Positions 9,029 to 18,348 of a stretch of DNA of 64,000 nt are shown piece by piece. The stretch is from the NCBI GenBank assembly GCA_001794025.1, contig MGJA01000003.1, positions 12,909 to 76,908 of the forward strand. The letters are read 5' to 3'. The notes under the pieces are model-generated. The model did not search any database. It saw only the letters and a list, made by a program, of their open reading frames with translations, and had not been told where the DNA came from. Source of the DNA: Candidatus Yanofskybacteria bacterium RIFCSPHIGHO2_01_FULL_41_21 (GTDB lineage: Bacteria; Patescibacteriota; Minisyncoccia; 2-02-FULL-40-12; GWA2-44-9). The translations under genes were made by a program, and so were the position numbers. The first letter of the stretch is position 1; each line of letters opens with the position of its first letter.

Positions 9029-11290
9029 TTAGCTTACTGGCTTATTATCTTCATCTTTCTTAGGTTTACCATATTTTTTTACCGGTTTTTGTGGTTTTTC
9101 CTTCCAAGTTTTCAGTGCCTCTTGTAGTTCGGCTTCGCTTTCGGGTTTTTTACCCATCAGGAAAGTACAATCGGGCCAACGAGAACAGGCGTAAAAAAGT
9201 TTACCTCGGCCTCGAGATTTTTTCTCAACTACTTCACCCGTAAGACAATTTGGGCATTTAAAACCGGTTTTGGTAAAGATTTTAGAAATGCCCTTACAGG
9301 TCGGGTAATCAACACAACCCAAAAAATATCCAAAACGTCCGCGTTTTACTTCCATTGGTTTACTGCAGATAGGACAGAGCTCGCCTTGGGTTTTCTCTTG
9401 AAGTTCTTTAATCTTAGCTGCTTCTTCGGGGAGGGGAAGGGAGACCTTACTTCCTGGTTCGGGACAAGCGAGGAATTTACCCATTCGGCCAAATTTCACC
9501 AGCATCATTTTACCACAATGAGGACAGGGGGTAGTGGATTCAACGATAAGCTTTTCAACACTTTCCGTTTTTTCTTTTAGGTTTTTACTGAACGGGGCAT
9601 AGAATTCTTCAACGACCGGAATCCACTTTATTTTGCCTTCGGCAATGTCGTCAAATTCTTCTTCAATGTGAGAAGTAAAGTTAATATCAATAACTTCGGG
9701 AAAATTTTCAACGAGCATGTCATTAACCGAAAAACCAATTTCGGTGGGTTTATATTTTTTATCTTCTTTTTCCACATAACCTCGGTCTTGAATAGTGGTG
9801 AGAGTGGGGGCATAAGTGGAGGGGCGACCGACACCGGCGGATTCAAGGGTTTTAATGAGGGAAGCGTCGGTATATCGGGGAGGCGGTTCGGTGAAGTGTT
9901 GGTCTTTGGCGAGGTTAATCAGATTCAGTAATTCTTTTTCAGATAATTCCGGAAGTTGACCCTCTTCGTAAGAGTCCTCTTCACTTTTTTCATCTTCTTC
10001 TTTGGTTTCGGTATAAGCCCGAATAAAGCCATCAAATTTAACGGCTTGGCCGTTGGCGCGGAAAGTATATTTTGAACCAGCTTGCCCTGAGCTTGTCGAA
10101 TAGGCACTGATATCGGCGGCGGTTTGATCAAGAATAGCGACTTGCATTTGGCAGGCGATAGTTCTTTTCCATATTAAATCATAAAGACGGAGTTGACCCG
10201 AGTCCAAATTTTTATCTAGTTGGTCAGGTAGGCGAGATAGGTCAGTCGGCCGAACGGCTTCGTGGGCTTCTTGAGCGCCTTTGGACTTATTTAAAAACGA
10301 ACGGGGTGCATCAAGACAATACTTGGCACCGAATTCTTTTTTTATAACTTCTTGGGCTTGGGCAAGGGCGATTTCGGAGATATGTAAACTGTCGGTACGC
10401 ATGTAAGTAATCATGCCCGTTTCATATAATCGCTGGGCGAGAGTCATAGTTTGTTTGGCCGAGAACCCCAGTTTTTTAGCGGCTTCTTGTTGAAGGGTGG
10501 AAGTTGTAAATGGTGCCGGCGGAGTTCGGCGGACTTCTTTTTTAACTACTTCAATAACTTTATATTCGGCGCCAGTGAGTTCATCAGTTATTTTCTGGGC
10601 GTCGGCGGAGTTTTTAATACCTAAGCGGTCAATTGATTCTTCTCCTATTTTAACAAGTCGAGCTTTAAAAGTTTTGTCCTCGTCTTTTTTGGAAAGATCA
10701 GCTTCAACGGACCAATATTCTTGGGGTGTGAATTTTTGGATTTCTCGTTCGCGTTCAACAATAAGACGGACGGCGACGCTTTGGACACGACCGGCAGAAA
10801 GTCCGGCTCGGATTTTTTTCCACAAAAATGGAGAGAGTTTGTAACCGACGAGTCGATCAATAATACGTCGGGCTTGTTGAGCGTCAACAAGATTTTGATC
10901 AAGTTCTCGTGGATTAGCGATGGCTTTTTCAATTGCCGGTTTAGTGATTTCATGAAAAACGACTCGTTCTGTTTTGTGGGCAGTTGTTTTCTTATCTAAA
11001 CCAAGAGCGTGGGCTAAATGCCAAGCGATGGCCTCGCCCTCACGGTCAGGGTCGGTTGCCAGAATAACCATATCGGCTTTTTCCGCATCTTTTTTAAGTT
11101 CGCTGACAATTTTTTTGGCTTTAGTCGGAATTATATATTCGGGCTTAAAATTGTGGGCGATATCAATACCAATGCCTTTTTTAGGTAAGTCACGGATATG
11201 ACCAAAAGACGATTTAACAATAAAATCTCCGCCGAGGAAGCGGGAAATTGTTTTAGCTTTAGTTGGCGACTCAACTATTATTAGTTGCAT
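9029..11290 (-). CDS. topA: DNA topoisomerase I
   Basis: Toprim N-terminus MQLIIVESPTKAKTI, catalytic region 'YMRTDS', and three C-terminal Zn ribbons. Confidence 0.9.
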   Translation of the reverse strand: MQLIIVESPTKAKTISRFLGGDFIVKSSFGHIRDLPKKGIGIDIAHNFKPEYIIPTKAKKIVSELKKDAEKADMVILATDPDREGEAIAWHLAHALGLDKKTTAHKTERVVFHEITKPAIEKAIANPRELDQNLVDAQQARRIIDRLVGYKLSPFLWKKIRAGLSAGRVQSVAVRLIVEREREIQKFTPQEYWSVEADLSKKDEDKTFKARLVKIGEESIDRLGIKNSADAQKITDELTGAEYKVIEVVKKEVRRTPPAPFTTSTLQQEAAKKLGFSAKQTMTLAQRLYETGMITYMRTDSLHISEIALAQAQEVIKKEFGAKYCLDAPRSFLNKSKGAQEAHEAVRPTDLSRLPDQLDKNLDSGQLRLYDLIWKRTIACQMQVAILDQTAADISAYSTSSGQAGSKYTFRANGQAVKFDGFIRAYTETKEEDEKSEEDSYEEGQLPELSEKELLNLINLAKDQHFTEPPPRYTDASLIKTLESAGVGRPSTYAPTLTTIQDRGYVEKEDKKYKPTEIGFSVNDMLVENFPEVIDINFTSHIEEEFDDIAEGKIKWIPVVEEFYAPFSKNLKEKTESVEKLIVESTTPCPHCGKMMLVKFGRMGKFLACPEPGSKVSLPLPEEAAKIKELQEKTQGELCPICSKPMEVKRGRFGYFLGCVDYPTCKGISKIFTKTGFKCPNCLTGEVVEKKSRGRGKLFYACSRWPDCTFLMGKKPESEAELQEALKTWKEKPQKPVKKYGKPKKDEDNKPVS

Positions 11291-11312
11291 ATAAAAGGGT
11301 TAGTTCTCAATT

Positions 11313-12179
11313 TTAATTTGATTTCCGGAATATTCCACCTGCCATTTGTTTGATGTGGCCTTGGATCTCCATAAGAGCCAAAGCGCCTATGATTTCCGAT
11401 GCGCCTAGATCCGCGTATTCTATAATGCTATCTATATTCAACGGTCCGTGCGCTTCCAGTATAGCAAGAATCATAGCATGGGTCGGATCTATTGTGGACA
11501 GATGGGGAGATTTTGCAAGAGGAAGCTTTGAGTAATCATCCAGTATATCATGTGATGAAGCGACGAGTTTGGCGCCGGTCCGAATGAGTTTGTGTGGGCC
11601 CATTGATTTTGATGAAAAAATATTTCCCGGAACCGAAAAGACGTCACGGTTCTGTTCGCCAGCGAGGCGGGCGGTGATGAGTGATCCGCTTTTTTCATCC
11701 GCTTCAACAACGAGAACACCTTTTGATAGTCCGCTAATAATGCGATTGCGTTCCGGGAACGAATCTTTGTAGGCGGGGTTCTTTCCGGGATGTTCGGAAA
11801 CAATGAGCCCATCATTTTTTAAGATGTCTTGTCCCAAGCGGAGATTTGTTTCGGGAGTTATCAAATTGATTCCCGAACCAAGAACGGCAATTGTCTTACC
11901 ACCACAATCAAGGGTGGCGCGGTGGGCGACTGCATCAATCCCCAAGGCCAGACCGCTTACAATCGTGAAGTGGCGGGCTAAGCCAGGAACAATTTGCTGA
12001 GTGGCTTCTCGGCCATAGGGTGTCATTGAACGGGTACCCACGACGGCGAAGCATTCGGTATTTAACAAAGATATATTGCCCCGACAATACAGCATCGCCG
12101 GCGGATCGGTAATATGTCGCAGTAGCTTGGGATAGGCCTTTAGTTTTGGGTGTAACTCAACAATCGGGTACTCTGTCAT
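11313..12179 (-). CDS. dprA: DNA processing protein DprA/Smf
   Basis: GLALGIDAVAHRATLDCGGKTIAVLGSGI Rossmann-like DprA core. Conserved dprA-topA synteny. Confidence 0.8.
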   Translation of the reverse strand: MTEYPIVELHPKLKAYPKLLRHITDPPAMLYCRGNISLLNTECFAVVGTRSMTPYGREATQQIVPGLARHFTIVSGLALGIDAVAHRATLDCGGKTIAVLGSGINLITPETNLRLGQDILKNDGLIVSEHPGKNPAYKDSFPERNRIISGLSKGVLVVEADEKSGSLITARLAGEQNRDVFSVPGNIFSSKSMGPHKLIRTGAKLVASSHDILDDYSKLPLAKSPHLSTIDPTHAMILAILEAHGPLNIDSIIEYADLGASEIIGALALMEIQGHIKQMAGGIFRKSN

Positions 12180-12221
12180 TGTTTTATATTACCTTGATAA
12201 ACTGGAAAGGCGCAAGTTAAT

Positions 12222-12974
12222 GTGCTAATGTTACACCTATATAACATGTATTTATCTGTTATTATCCCTGCTAAAAACGAAGAGAAGCATATTGGAAAAA
12301 CTGTCCAGTCGGTTTTTGATTATTTGACATCTCGCAATATTGAACATGAGATCATTGTTGTTTCTAATGGTAGTACCGATAAGACCGATGATATAACGCG
12401 TCGGTTGATGGCAACCGTGCCGACGTTGAAACTTATTGATTATAGTCATATGGCGGGTAAGGGTTATGCGGTTAAGCAAGGAATGCTGAAGGCCAGCGGG
12501 CAATTTAGAATGTTTATGGATGCCGATAATTCCACCACGATTAATCATATTGAAAAGATGATGCCGTATTTTAATCAGGGTTACGACGTAGTTATCGGGT
12601 CCATCGCTGTAAAAGGAAAAAAAGTGGCCGAGGGAAGCGAGCCATTCTGGAGAATTTTATTCGGTAAGATGGGTAATATTTTTATTCAGATAATGGCGGT
12701 ACCCGGTATTCATGATACTCAAAGGGGATTTAAAATAGTAACCGCTCAAGCGGCGGAAGATATTTTTCCGAGAATTACAATTATGCACTGGGGGTTTGAT
12801 GTTGAGATGCTGGCCCTGGCCCGTAAATTTGGTCATAAAACAAAAGAAGTGCCGGTTGATTGGCATAATGATCCAAATTCTCGGGTTGGGCTCAAGGCGT
12901 ATTTTGAGGTATTATTAGAAACGATGAAAGTGCGCTGGAATCTCATTACCGGCGTATATAACAAAAGTGCTTAA
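12222..12974 (+). CDS. Family 2 glycosyltransferase (dolichol-P-mannose synthase-like)
   Basis: LSVIIPAKNEE ... DADNST GT-A/DXD signature. Alternative start at 12246. Confidence 0.7.
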   Translation: MLMLHLYNMYLSVIIPAKNEEKHIGKTVQSVFDYLTSRNIEHEIIVVSNGSTDKTDDITRRLMATVPTLKLIDYSHMAGKGYAVKQGMLKASGQFRMFMDADNSTTINHIEKMMPYFNQGYDVVIGSIAVKGKKVAEGSEPFWRILFGKMGNIFIQIMAVPGIHDTQRGFKIVTAQAAEDIFPRITIMHWGFDVEMLALARKFGHKTKEVPVDWHNDPNSRVGLKAYFEVLLETMKVRWNLITGVYNKSA

Positions 12975-13977
12975 CGAATTTAGACAAGATCCTGTTTCCG
13001 GCGAGTGGGTTTTGTTTTCAACTGCTCGTGCCAAAAAACCCCACCCTAAAGACGGGGTTAGATTTTATCAATCAAAGGAAGAATGTTTTTTTGAGCCCGA
13101 AAAAATGGCCCAACAAGAGACCCCTGTGGCCATATACAGTCATGGGAAACTTGTAAATGACCTTTCGGCCGATTGGACGACAATAGTGGTTCCTAATAAA
13201 TATCCATCTTTGAAAAAGGGTATTTGTAACCCAGTTCATCAGGAGGGTCCATTTACGGTTGCCGACGGAACTGGTTTTCATGAACTCGTTATTACTCGTG
13301 ATCACGAAAAAAGTTTTGCTCAATTCAGTGAAGCTGAGACATCTGAAGTCATTCGGGTTTACAGGGATCGTTATACGTCTATTTCTAAAGATGGCTGTGG
13401 AGATTATATTTCTGTATTCCATAATCATGGCCGGTTGGCGGGAGCTTCCGTTTATCATAATCATTCCCAGATTGTTTCAATGCCGATGGTGCCGACGGCG
13501 ATTGCCAATCACATGGATGGAGCCCGCCGGTATTTTGAGAAGACCGGCAAAAGGATTCATGACGTTTTGGTTGAATGGGAATTGGTCGAGAATAAACGAA
13601 TTATTTATCAAAACGAACATTTTATTGCCTTATGTCCTTATGTAAGTCGGGCGCCCTACGAAGTTAAAATATTTCCCAAAAAGCCAAGTTCTGATTTTGG
13701 TGATATCTCCGATGTAGAAATTCCATTTCTCGCCGACGCGCTTAATATTATTTTAAAAAAGCTTTTTGTTGCCCTTGATGATGTTGACTATGTTTTTTTT
13801 ATGCACACGGCTCCGCCAAAAAATGAAAATCCGGCTGATTTCAGTTTTTATCAATGGCACTTGGAAATAATGCCCCGAATTTCTATTGACGCCGGCCTTG
13901 AACTGGAAACAAGCGTTCTTGTAAATAGCGTTGATCCGAATAGTGCCGCTGAACTCCTAATAAAAACCAATGTTTAG
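12967..13977 (+). CDS. GalT-like HIT-superfamily nucleotidyltransferase (galactose-1-P uridylyltransferase / ADP-glucose phosphorylase family)
   Basis: FHNHGRLAGASVYHNHSQ H-x-H-x-Q active-site pattern, and N-terminus FRQDPVSGEWVLFSTARAKKP. Confidence 0.6.
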   Translation: MLNEFRQDPVSGEWVLFSTARAKKPHPKDGVRFYQSKEECFFEPEKMAQQETPVAIYSHGKLVNDLSADWTTIVVPNKYPSLKKGICNPVHQEGPFTVADGTGFHELVITRDHEKSFAQFSEAETSEVIRVYRDRYTSISKDGCGDYISVFHNHGRLAGASVYHNHSQIVSMPMVPTAIANHMDGARRYFEKTGKRIHDVLVEWELVENKRIIYQNEHFIALCPYVSRAPYEVKIFPKKPSSDFGDISDVEIPFLADALNIILKKLFVALDDVDYVFFMHTAPPKNENPADFSFYQWHLEIMPRISIDAGLELETSVLVNSVDPNSAAELLIKTNV

Positions 13978-14599
13978 TTTTCTTTTTTCTTATGCCGAAA
14001 GTGCTATTGGTTTTTTAGATAATTTTGGATATTTTGGCGTTTTTTTATTGTCTCTTTTGGATCGTCTGACAGTATTTCTTATTCCTGCTGAGATCGTATT
14101 ACCCGCTTTTGGAATATTAATCAGTCAGGGTGATTTTTCATTTTGGTCCGTATTTATTTGGGTTACGGTCGGTAATTTTTTGGGAAATATTGCTTTATAC
14201 TGGATTTTCTCAAGTGGCGGGCGGCCGTTTTTGGAAAAATACGGAAAATATTTACTTATTTCCCATCACGATTTACATCACTTGGATAATTTATTTATAA
14301 AATATGGTGACAAATTGTTGCTTTTTGGTTATTTAATACCGACAGCGGTCAGAAGTTTAGTTCCTATACCGGCGGGACTTGCCAGAGTGAACTTAAAAAA
14401 GTTTTCCATATATACGCTTATTGGATCGTTGCCTCTTAATATTTTGTATATAATCGCCGGTATGAAGATTGGGGATAATCTCGGTCAGATTTTAAGTTAT
14501 TTTGATTCGTTGAATTATATTGTCATCACCGTCTTGGTCATTCTTATTGTTTTGTATATTTACCGACATAAGATACACAAACACCTTACTCATGACTAA
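13970..14599 (+). CDS. DedA family membrane protein
   Basis: Multi-TM; VFLIPAEIVLPAFGILISQG DedA/SNARE-associated signature. Confidence 0.6.
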   Translation: MFSFLFSYAESAIGFLDNFGYFGVFLLSLLDRLTVFLIPAEIVLPAFGILISQGDFSFWSVFIWVTVGNFLGNIALYWIFSSGGRPFLEKYGKYLLISHHDLHHLDNLFIKYGDKLLLFGYLIPTAVRSLVPIPAGLARVNLKKFSIYTLIGSLPLNILYIIAGMKIGDNLGQILSYFDSLNYIVITVLVILIVLYIYRHKIHKHLTHD

Positions 14600-15359
14600 A
14601 AAATATGTAGTCGCCAATTGGAAAATGTCGCCCACCTCTACAGCCGAAGCCGAGGATATTTTGGCTTATATTGATGAGTATTTAAAAAACAAGACAAACA
14701 ACAAAGAACATTCTTTAATTATTTGTCCGCCTTTTGTTTTTCTTGATGACGTCAGTAGAGTGTTAAATACTTCTCGTCTATCTCAACAAGCCGAACTTGG
14801 GGCTCAAGACATTGCCTTGGCTGATTCGGGTGCTTGGACGGGTGAGGTCTCCGGGCCGATGCTTAAGCGTTTAGGAGTGGAGTATGTGATTGTCGGTCAC
14901 TCTGAACGTCGCTGGAAAATAAACGAATCAAACGAAGTAGTTAATAAGAAGTTAAAAACAATTCTGGCAAACGATCTTACACCGATTGTTTGTGTTGGGG
15001 AAAAAGTAAGAGATGAAAATTTTAAAGAATTTTTAAAAAAACAAATTGAAGCCACTTTTACCGGTTTATCAGCCGATGAGATAGGGAAGTGTCTTATTGC
15101 TTATGAACCTGTCTGGGCGATTTCATCCAACCCAGACGCCCGTCCTGATACTCCTGAATCTGCTCTAGAATCTATTTCTATTATTCAGGATTGTCTGACT
15201 AAGTCCTATTCGCTAATGGCTAATCGCTATCTTTATGGCGGTTCCATCACTGCTTCTAATGTCCAGTCCTTTCTTTCCCTTGAGCAAATCGCCGGTGTTC
15301 TTGTTGGTGGTGCGAGCGTTAAAAAAGAAGAATTTGTACAAATTCTCAAAAATTTATGA
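14592..15359 (+). CDS. tpiA: Triosephosphate isomerase
   Basis: VVANWKM, IVGHSERR, AYEPVWAI(S)S motifs. The track ORF start at 14520 is an upstream extension. Confidence 0.9.
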   Translation: MTKKYVVANWKMSPTSTAEAEDILAYIDEYLKNKTNNKEHSLIICPPFVFLDDVSRVLNTSRLSQQAELGAQDIALADSGAWTGEVSGPMLKRLGVEYVIVGHSERRWKINESNEVVNKKLKTILANDLTPIVCVGEKVRDENFKEFLKKQIEATFTGLSADEIGKCLIAYEPVWAISSNPDARPDTPESALESISIIQDCLTKSYSLMANRYLYGGSITASNVQSFLSLEQIAGVLVGGASVKKEEFVQILKNL

Positions 15360-16456
15360 AGATTATCCGAGAAGTTACTGATTTAAAAGATAAAAAAGTT
15401 CTCTTGCGGGTTGATTTTGATGTGCCCCTTCGACGTGGCTCAGGGCAAGCCAGTGAGATTGAAGAACCGTTTCGAATTAAGAAACAAAAAGAAACAATTG
15501 ATTGGCTACTTGAGCGAGAAGCGAGAGTGGTGATGGTGGGACACATCTCAGATTTAAAATCTTTTTCAGATTTAGTTCCTCAGTTGCATATTCTTATCGG
15601 CCAGGAATTTGATTTTATAAAATCGGTGGCTGATATTTCAGCTTGGTTAGATGGTTTGGGTAAGATTGCATTACTGGAAAACGTTCGTCATCCGTCAGTT
15701 GCCGGAGATGGTAAGGAAGAGAAAAATGATCCGGAATTTGCGAAACAGTTGGCAGAAGGATTTGATATATATGTAAATAATGCTTTTGCGGTTTGTCATA
15801 GAGACCACGCTTCAGTATCGGCGATTACAAAAGTGTTGCCGAGTTATGCCGGCCTGTTGGTTGAACAAGAGGTGACTCAATTAAATAAAGTTATTGAAGC
15901 GCCAAAAGAGGGGAAGGTTGTCATTATGGGTGGGGCGAAAGCATCCACCAAAGTGCCGGTTATTAAAAATCTGATTGATAAAGCGGAAACAATATTGTTG
16001 GGCGGAGTCGTCGCCAACGATTTTTTGAAAGAAAAAGGTCAAGATATGGGTAGTTCGGTTGTAGATGAGAATGCCCATGATTTGTTGATGGGGTTAGATT
16101 TAAATGATTCACGATTGGTCATCCCAAAGGACTTTGTCGTGTTTGATAATAAGATTCTTGATGTTGGCGATGAAACCATGCGTCAATACATAGACATTAT
16201 TAGTAAAGCCGAGATGGTTATTTGGAACGGTCCGATAGGATTATTTGAAAATCCGATTTTTACCAAAGGTACTGACGAAATTGCCAATGCCATAATTTCT
16301 TCAAAAGCAATTTCGGTAATCGGAGGCGGGGATACTATCTCGGCGGTCGGTAAACTTGGAATTTTAGATAAATTCAACTTTGTTTCTACCGGTGGCGGAG
16401 CTATGCTCACTTTTTTGGCAGGAGATAAATTGCCGGGATTAGAGGCGTTAAAATAA
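15356..16456 (+). CDS. pgk: Phosphoglycerate kinase (short form)
   Basis: LLRVDFDVPL N-terminus and GGGA(M)L C-terminal hinge motif. Overlaps the tpiA stop. Confidence 0.85.
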   Translation: MKIIREVTDLKDKKVLLRVDFDVPLRRGSGQASEIEEPFRIKKQKETIDWLLEREARVVMVGHISDLKSFSDLVPQLHILIGQEFDFIKSVADISAWLDGLGKIALLENVRHPSVAGDGKEEKNDPEFAKQLAEGFDIYVNNAFAVCHRDHASVSAITKVLPSYAGLLVEQEVTQLNKVIEAPKEGKVVIMGGAKASTKVPVIKNLIDKAETILLGGVVANDFLKEKGQDMGSSVVDENAHDLLMGLDLNDSRLVIPKDFVVFDNKILDVGDETMRQYIDIISKAEMVIWNGPIGLFENPIFTKGTDEIANAIISSKAISVIGGGDTISAVGKLGILDKFNFVSTGGGAMLTFLAGDKLPGLEALK

Positions 16457-16464
16457 TATGTAAT

Positions 16465-17346
16465 ATGGCAGAACCGATTACAAAAAATAAAGATATCGTG
16501 GTTATGTATCATGGTAATTGCCCTGATGGATTTACGGCCGCTTGGGCAGCTTGGAAAAAATTTGGGGATGACGTTGAATATATTCCACTCCACCGTTATC
16601 TAGAAATTCCTCAAATTAAAAATAGAATCATCTATATGCTTGATTATTGTCCAAATAATAAAGCGGACTTAGACCGTCTTCAGGCCGAAAACAAAAAATT
16701 AATTGTTATAGACCACCATATTTCTGAAGCAGAATCAATTAAATCAGTACCCGAACATGTTTTTGACGTTAACCATTCCGGGGCTGTTCTCTCTTGGAAA
16801 TATTTCTGTCCAGATCAACCGATTCCAACCCTGGCTTTATATATCGAAGATCGAGATCTGTGGAATTGGAAACTCTCAAACACCAAAGAGATTTTGAACA
16901 TTACCGACCTACATGATCTAAAAGCAACAGATTTTAGTGTGTGGGATTCTATAGCTGTCGACTTGGATAATGATCTTAAAAAACAGGAATACATAAAGAA
17001 AGGTTCAGCGATTCAACAATTTAGAGAAATAGTTGTGCAGAATATTGTTGATAATCAGACCCAGTTAGTTTTGTTTGAAGGACATGAAGTATATGCCGCA
17101 AATGCTCCCAGGTATTTTGTTTCAGAGGTTGGTAACGCCCTTGCCACAAAAAAGCCGCCATTTGCGGTTGTTTGGAGTTCTACGGCAGAAAAGATTGTTA
17201 TTTCTATGAGAGCGTCTGGAGATGCTTTTGATGTCACAACAATTGCCAAAAAATATGGTGGGGGTGGTCATAAGGCCGCTGGATCATATTCAATTCCCAT
17301 TGGGACGCCGTTGCCGTGGAAAGTAATTAAAGAAGATGAAAAATAA
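16465..17346 (+). CDS. DHH/DHHA1 phosphoesterase (NrnA-like nanoRNase / pAp phosphatase)
   Basis: HGNCPDG, IDHH and GGGGHKAAG motifs. Confidence 0.75.
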   Translation: MAEPITKNKDIVVMYHGNCPDGFTAAWAAWKKFGDDVEYIPLHRYLEIPQIKNRIIYMLDYCPNNKADLDRLQAENKKLIVIDHHISEAESIKSVPEHVFDVNHSGAVLSWKYFCPDQPIPTLALYIEDRDLWNWKLSNTKEILNITDLHDLKATDFSVWDSIAVDLDNDLKKQEYIKKGSAIQQFREIVVQNIVDNQTQLVLFEGHEVYAANAPRYFVSEVGNALATKKPPFAVVWSSTAEKIVISMRASGDAFDVTTIAKKYGGGGHKAAGSYSIPIGTPLPWKVIKEDEK

Positions 17347-17770
17347 GATTAAAATTCATACTGACGGGGGAGCGAGAGGAAACCCGGGCCCGGCGGGGAT
17401 TGGGATTGTAGTTGAGGGGTTAAAAAGTGGAAAGAAGACATTCGGCGAATGTATCGGGGAGACGACTAATAACGAGGCCGAATATCGGGCTTTGATTGTG
17501 GCATTGCAAAAATTAAAAAAACTCGGCGGAAAAGAAAAATTGGAACAAGTTGATTGTTATGCCGATAGCGAATTGATGGTCAAACAATTAAACGGCGAAT
17601 ATAAAGTTAAAGACACCAATCTCCGGGGACTTTTTATGGAAGTTTTAAAACTTAAATCAGAACTCAAGGTGCCGATATTTTTCCATCACATTAAAAGGGC
17701 AAAGAATTCCGAAGCGGATGCTCTAATGAATCAAGCGTTGGATAGGGAGGCCGGCAAACTCAATCTTTAA
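17336..17770 (+). CDS. rnhA: Ribonuclease HI
   Basis: TDGGARGNPGPAG...NNEAEYRALI...DSELMVKQLNGEYKVK RNase H fold motifs. Confidence 0.8.
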   Translation: MKNKIKIHTDGGARGNPGPAGIGIVVEGLKSGKKTFGECIGETTNNEAEYRALIVALQKLKKLGGKEKLEQVDCYADSELMVKQLNGEYKVKDTNLRGLFMEVLKLKSELKVPIFFHHIKRAKNSEADALMNQALDREAGKLNL

Positions 17771-17773
17771 TCC

Positions 17774-17798
17774 AAAAGCTCCCTTGCGGGAGCTTTTG
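17774..17798. terminator. Intrinsic terminator hairpin (rnhA 3' end, abutting the rnpB 3' end)
   Basis: AAAAGCTCCCTTGCGGGAGCTTTT. Confidence 0.6.
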
Positions 17799-17800
17799 GT

Positions 17801-18171
17801 CTTGTAAACAATAAGCCGAGTTCTGTTCCGCTAGTTAGCGGAGGGTAACCATTTATCTGGTCTCGGCATTACTGCCGGACTCAAGCGATCTACTTATAAC
17901 TCACAGCCGAAGCTGTAAGCTTTGATCTTGCACCCCGATAAGTGTTTAGCCGTTTCACTCCCGATCTTTTAACCCTGATCGGAACTAAGCTGTAACCTTT
18001 GATAAATCAATGGTCTGGGTTTAGCTCGCCCTTACTTTCGCTTAGGCCGTCTCTGCTCGCAACTCTCGCGTCACCGCGGACGGGAATTACCCGCTATCGT
18101 TTCCGCCTCATCGGCAGATGGTGCTCGGACTTTCCTCTCCTTAATCCATAAGGACTAAGGAGCGATTACCT
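17801..18171 (-). ncRNA. rnpB: RNase P RNA (bacterial type)
   Basis: On the minus strand, the P4 halves GGAGAGGAAAGTCCGAGC and ACAGAACTCGGCTTAT are present. P1 is CTTGTAAAC pairing with GTTTACAAG at the termini. Length ~370 nt. Confidence 0.8.
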
Positions 18172-18275
18172 AGTTTACAAGATAATACAATTATACTCTT
18201 TTTTGATATCAAAAGCAAACTCAACAGATTGAAAAATAACATAGGACATGATAAAGTTAAATACGTCAAATGAAT

Positions 18276-18348
18276 CCCGTACGAAGTCACGCTCGTCGAG
18301 CTTAGCTCGACGAGTCCGAAGGACCTTGGCGGGGATACTTTGTACGGG
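18276..18348 (+). ncRNA. Palindrome-ended structured element (family CCCGTTAGAAGT) copy 1, abutting the ATG of the sugar-transferase gene
   Basis: Outer stem CCCGTACGAAGT/ACTTTGTACGGG, inner hairpin CGCTCGTCGAGC-TTA-GCTCGACGAG, and conserved GAGTCCGAAGGACCTTGGCGGGG. Shares architecture with covarying bases with 54417-54484. Confidence 0.5.
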
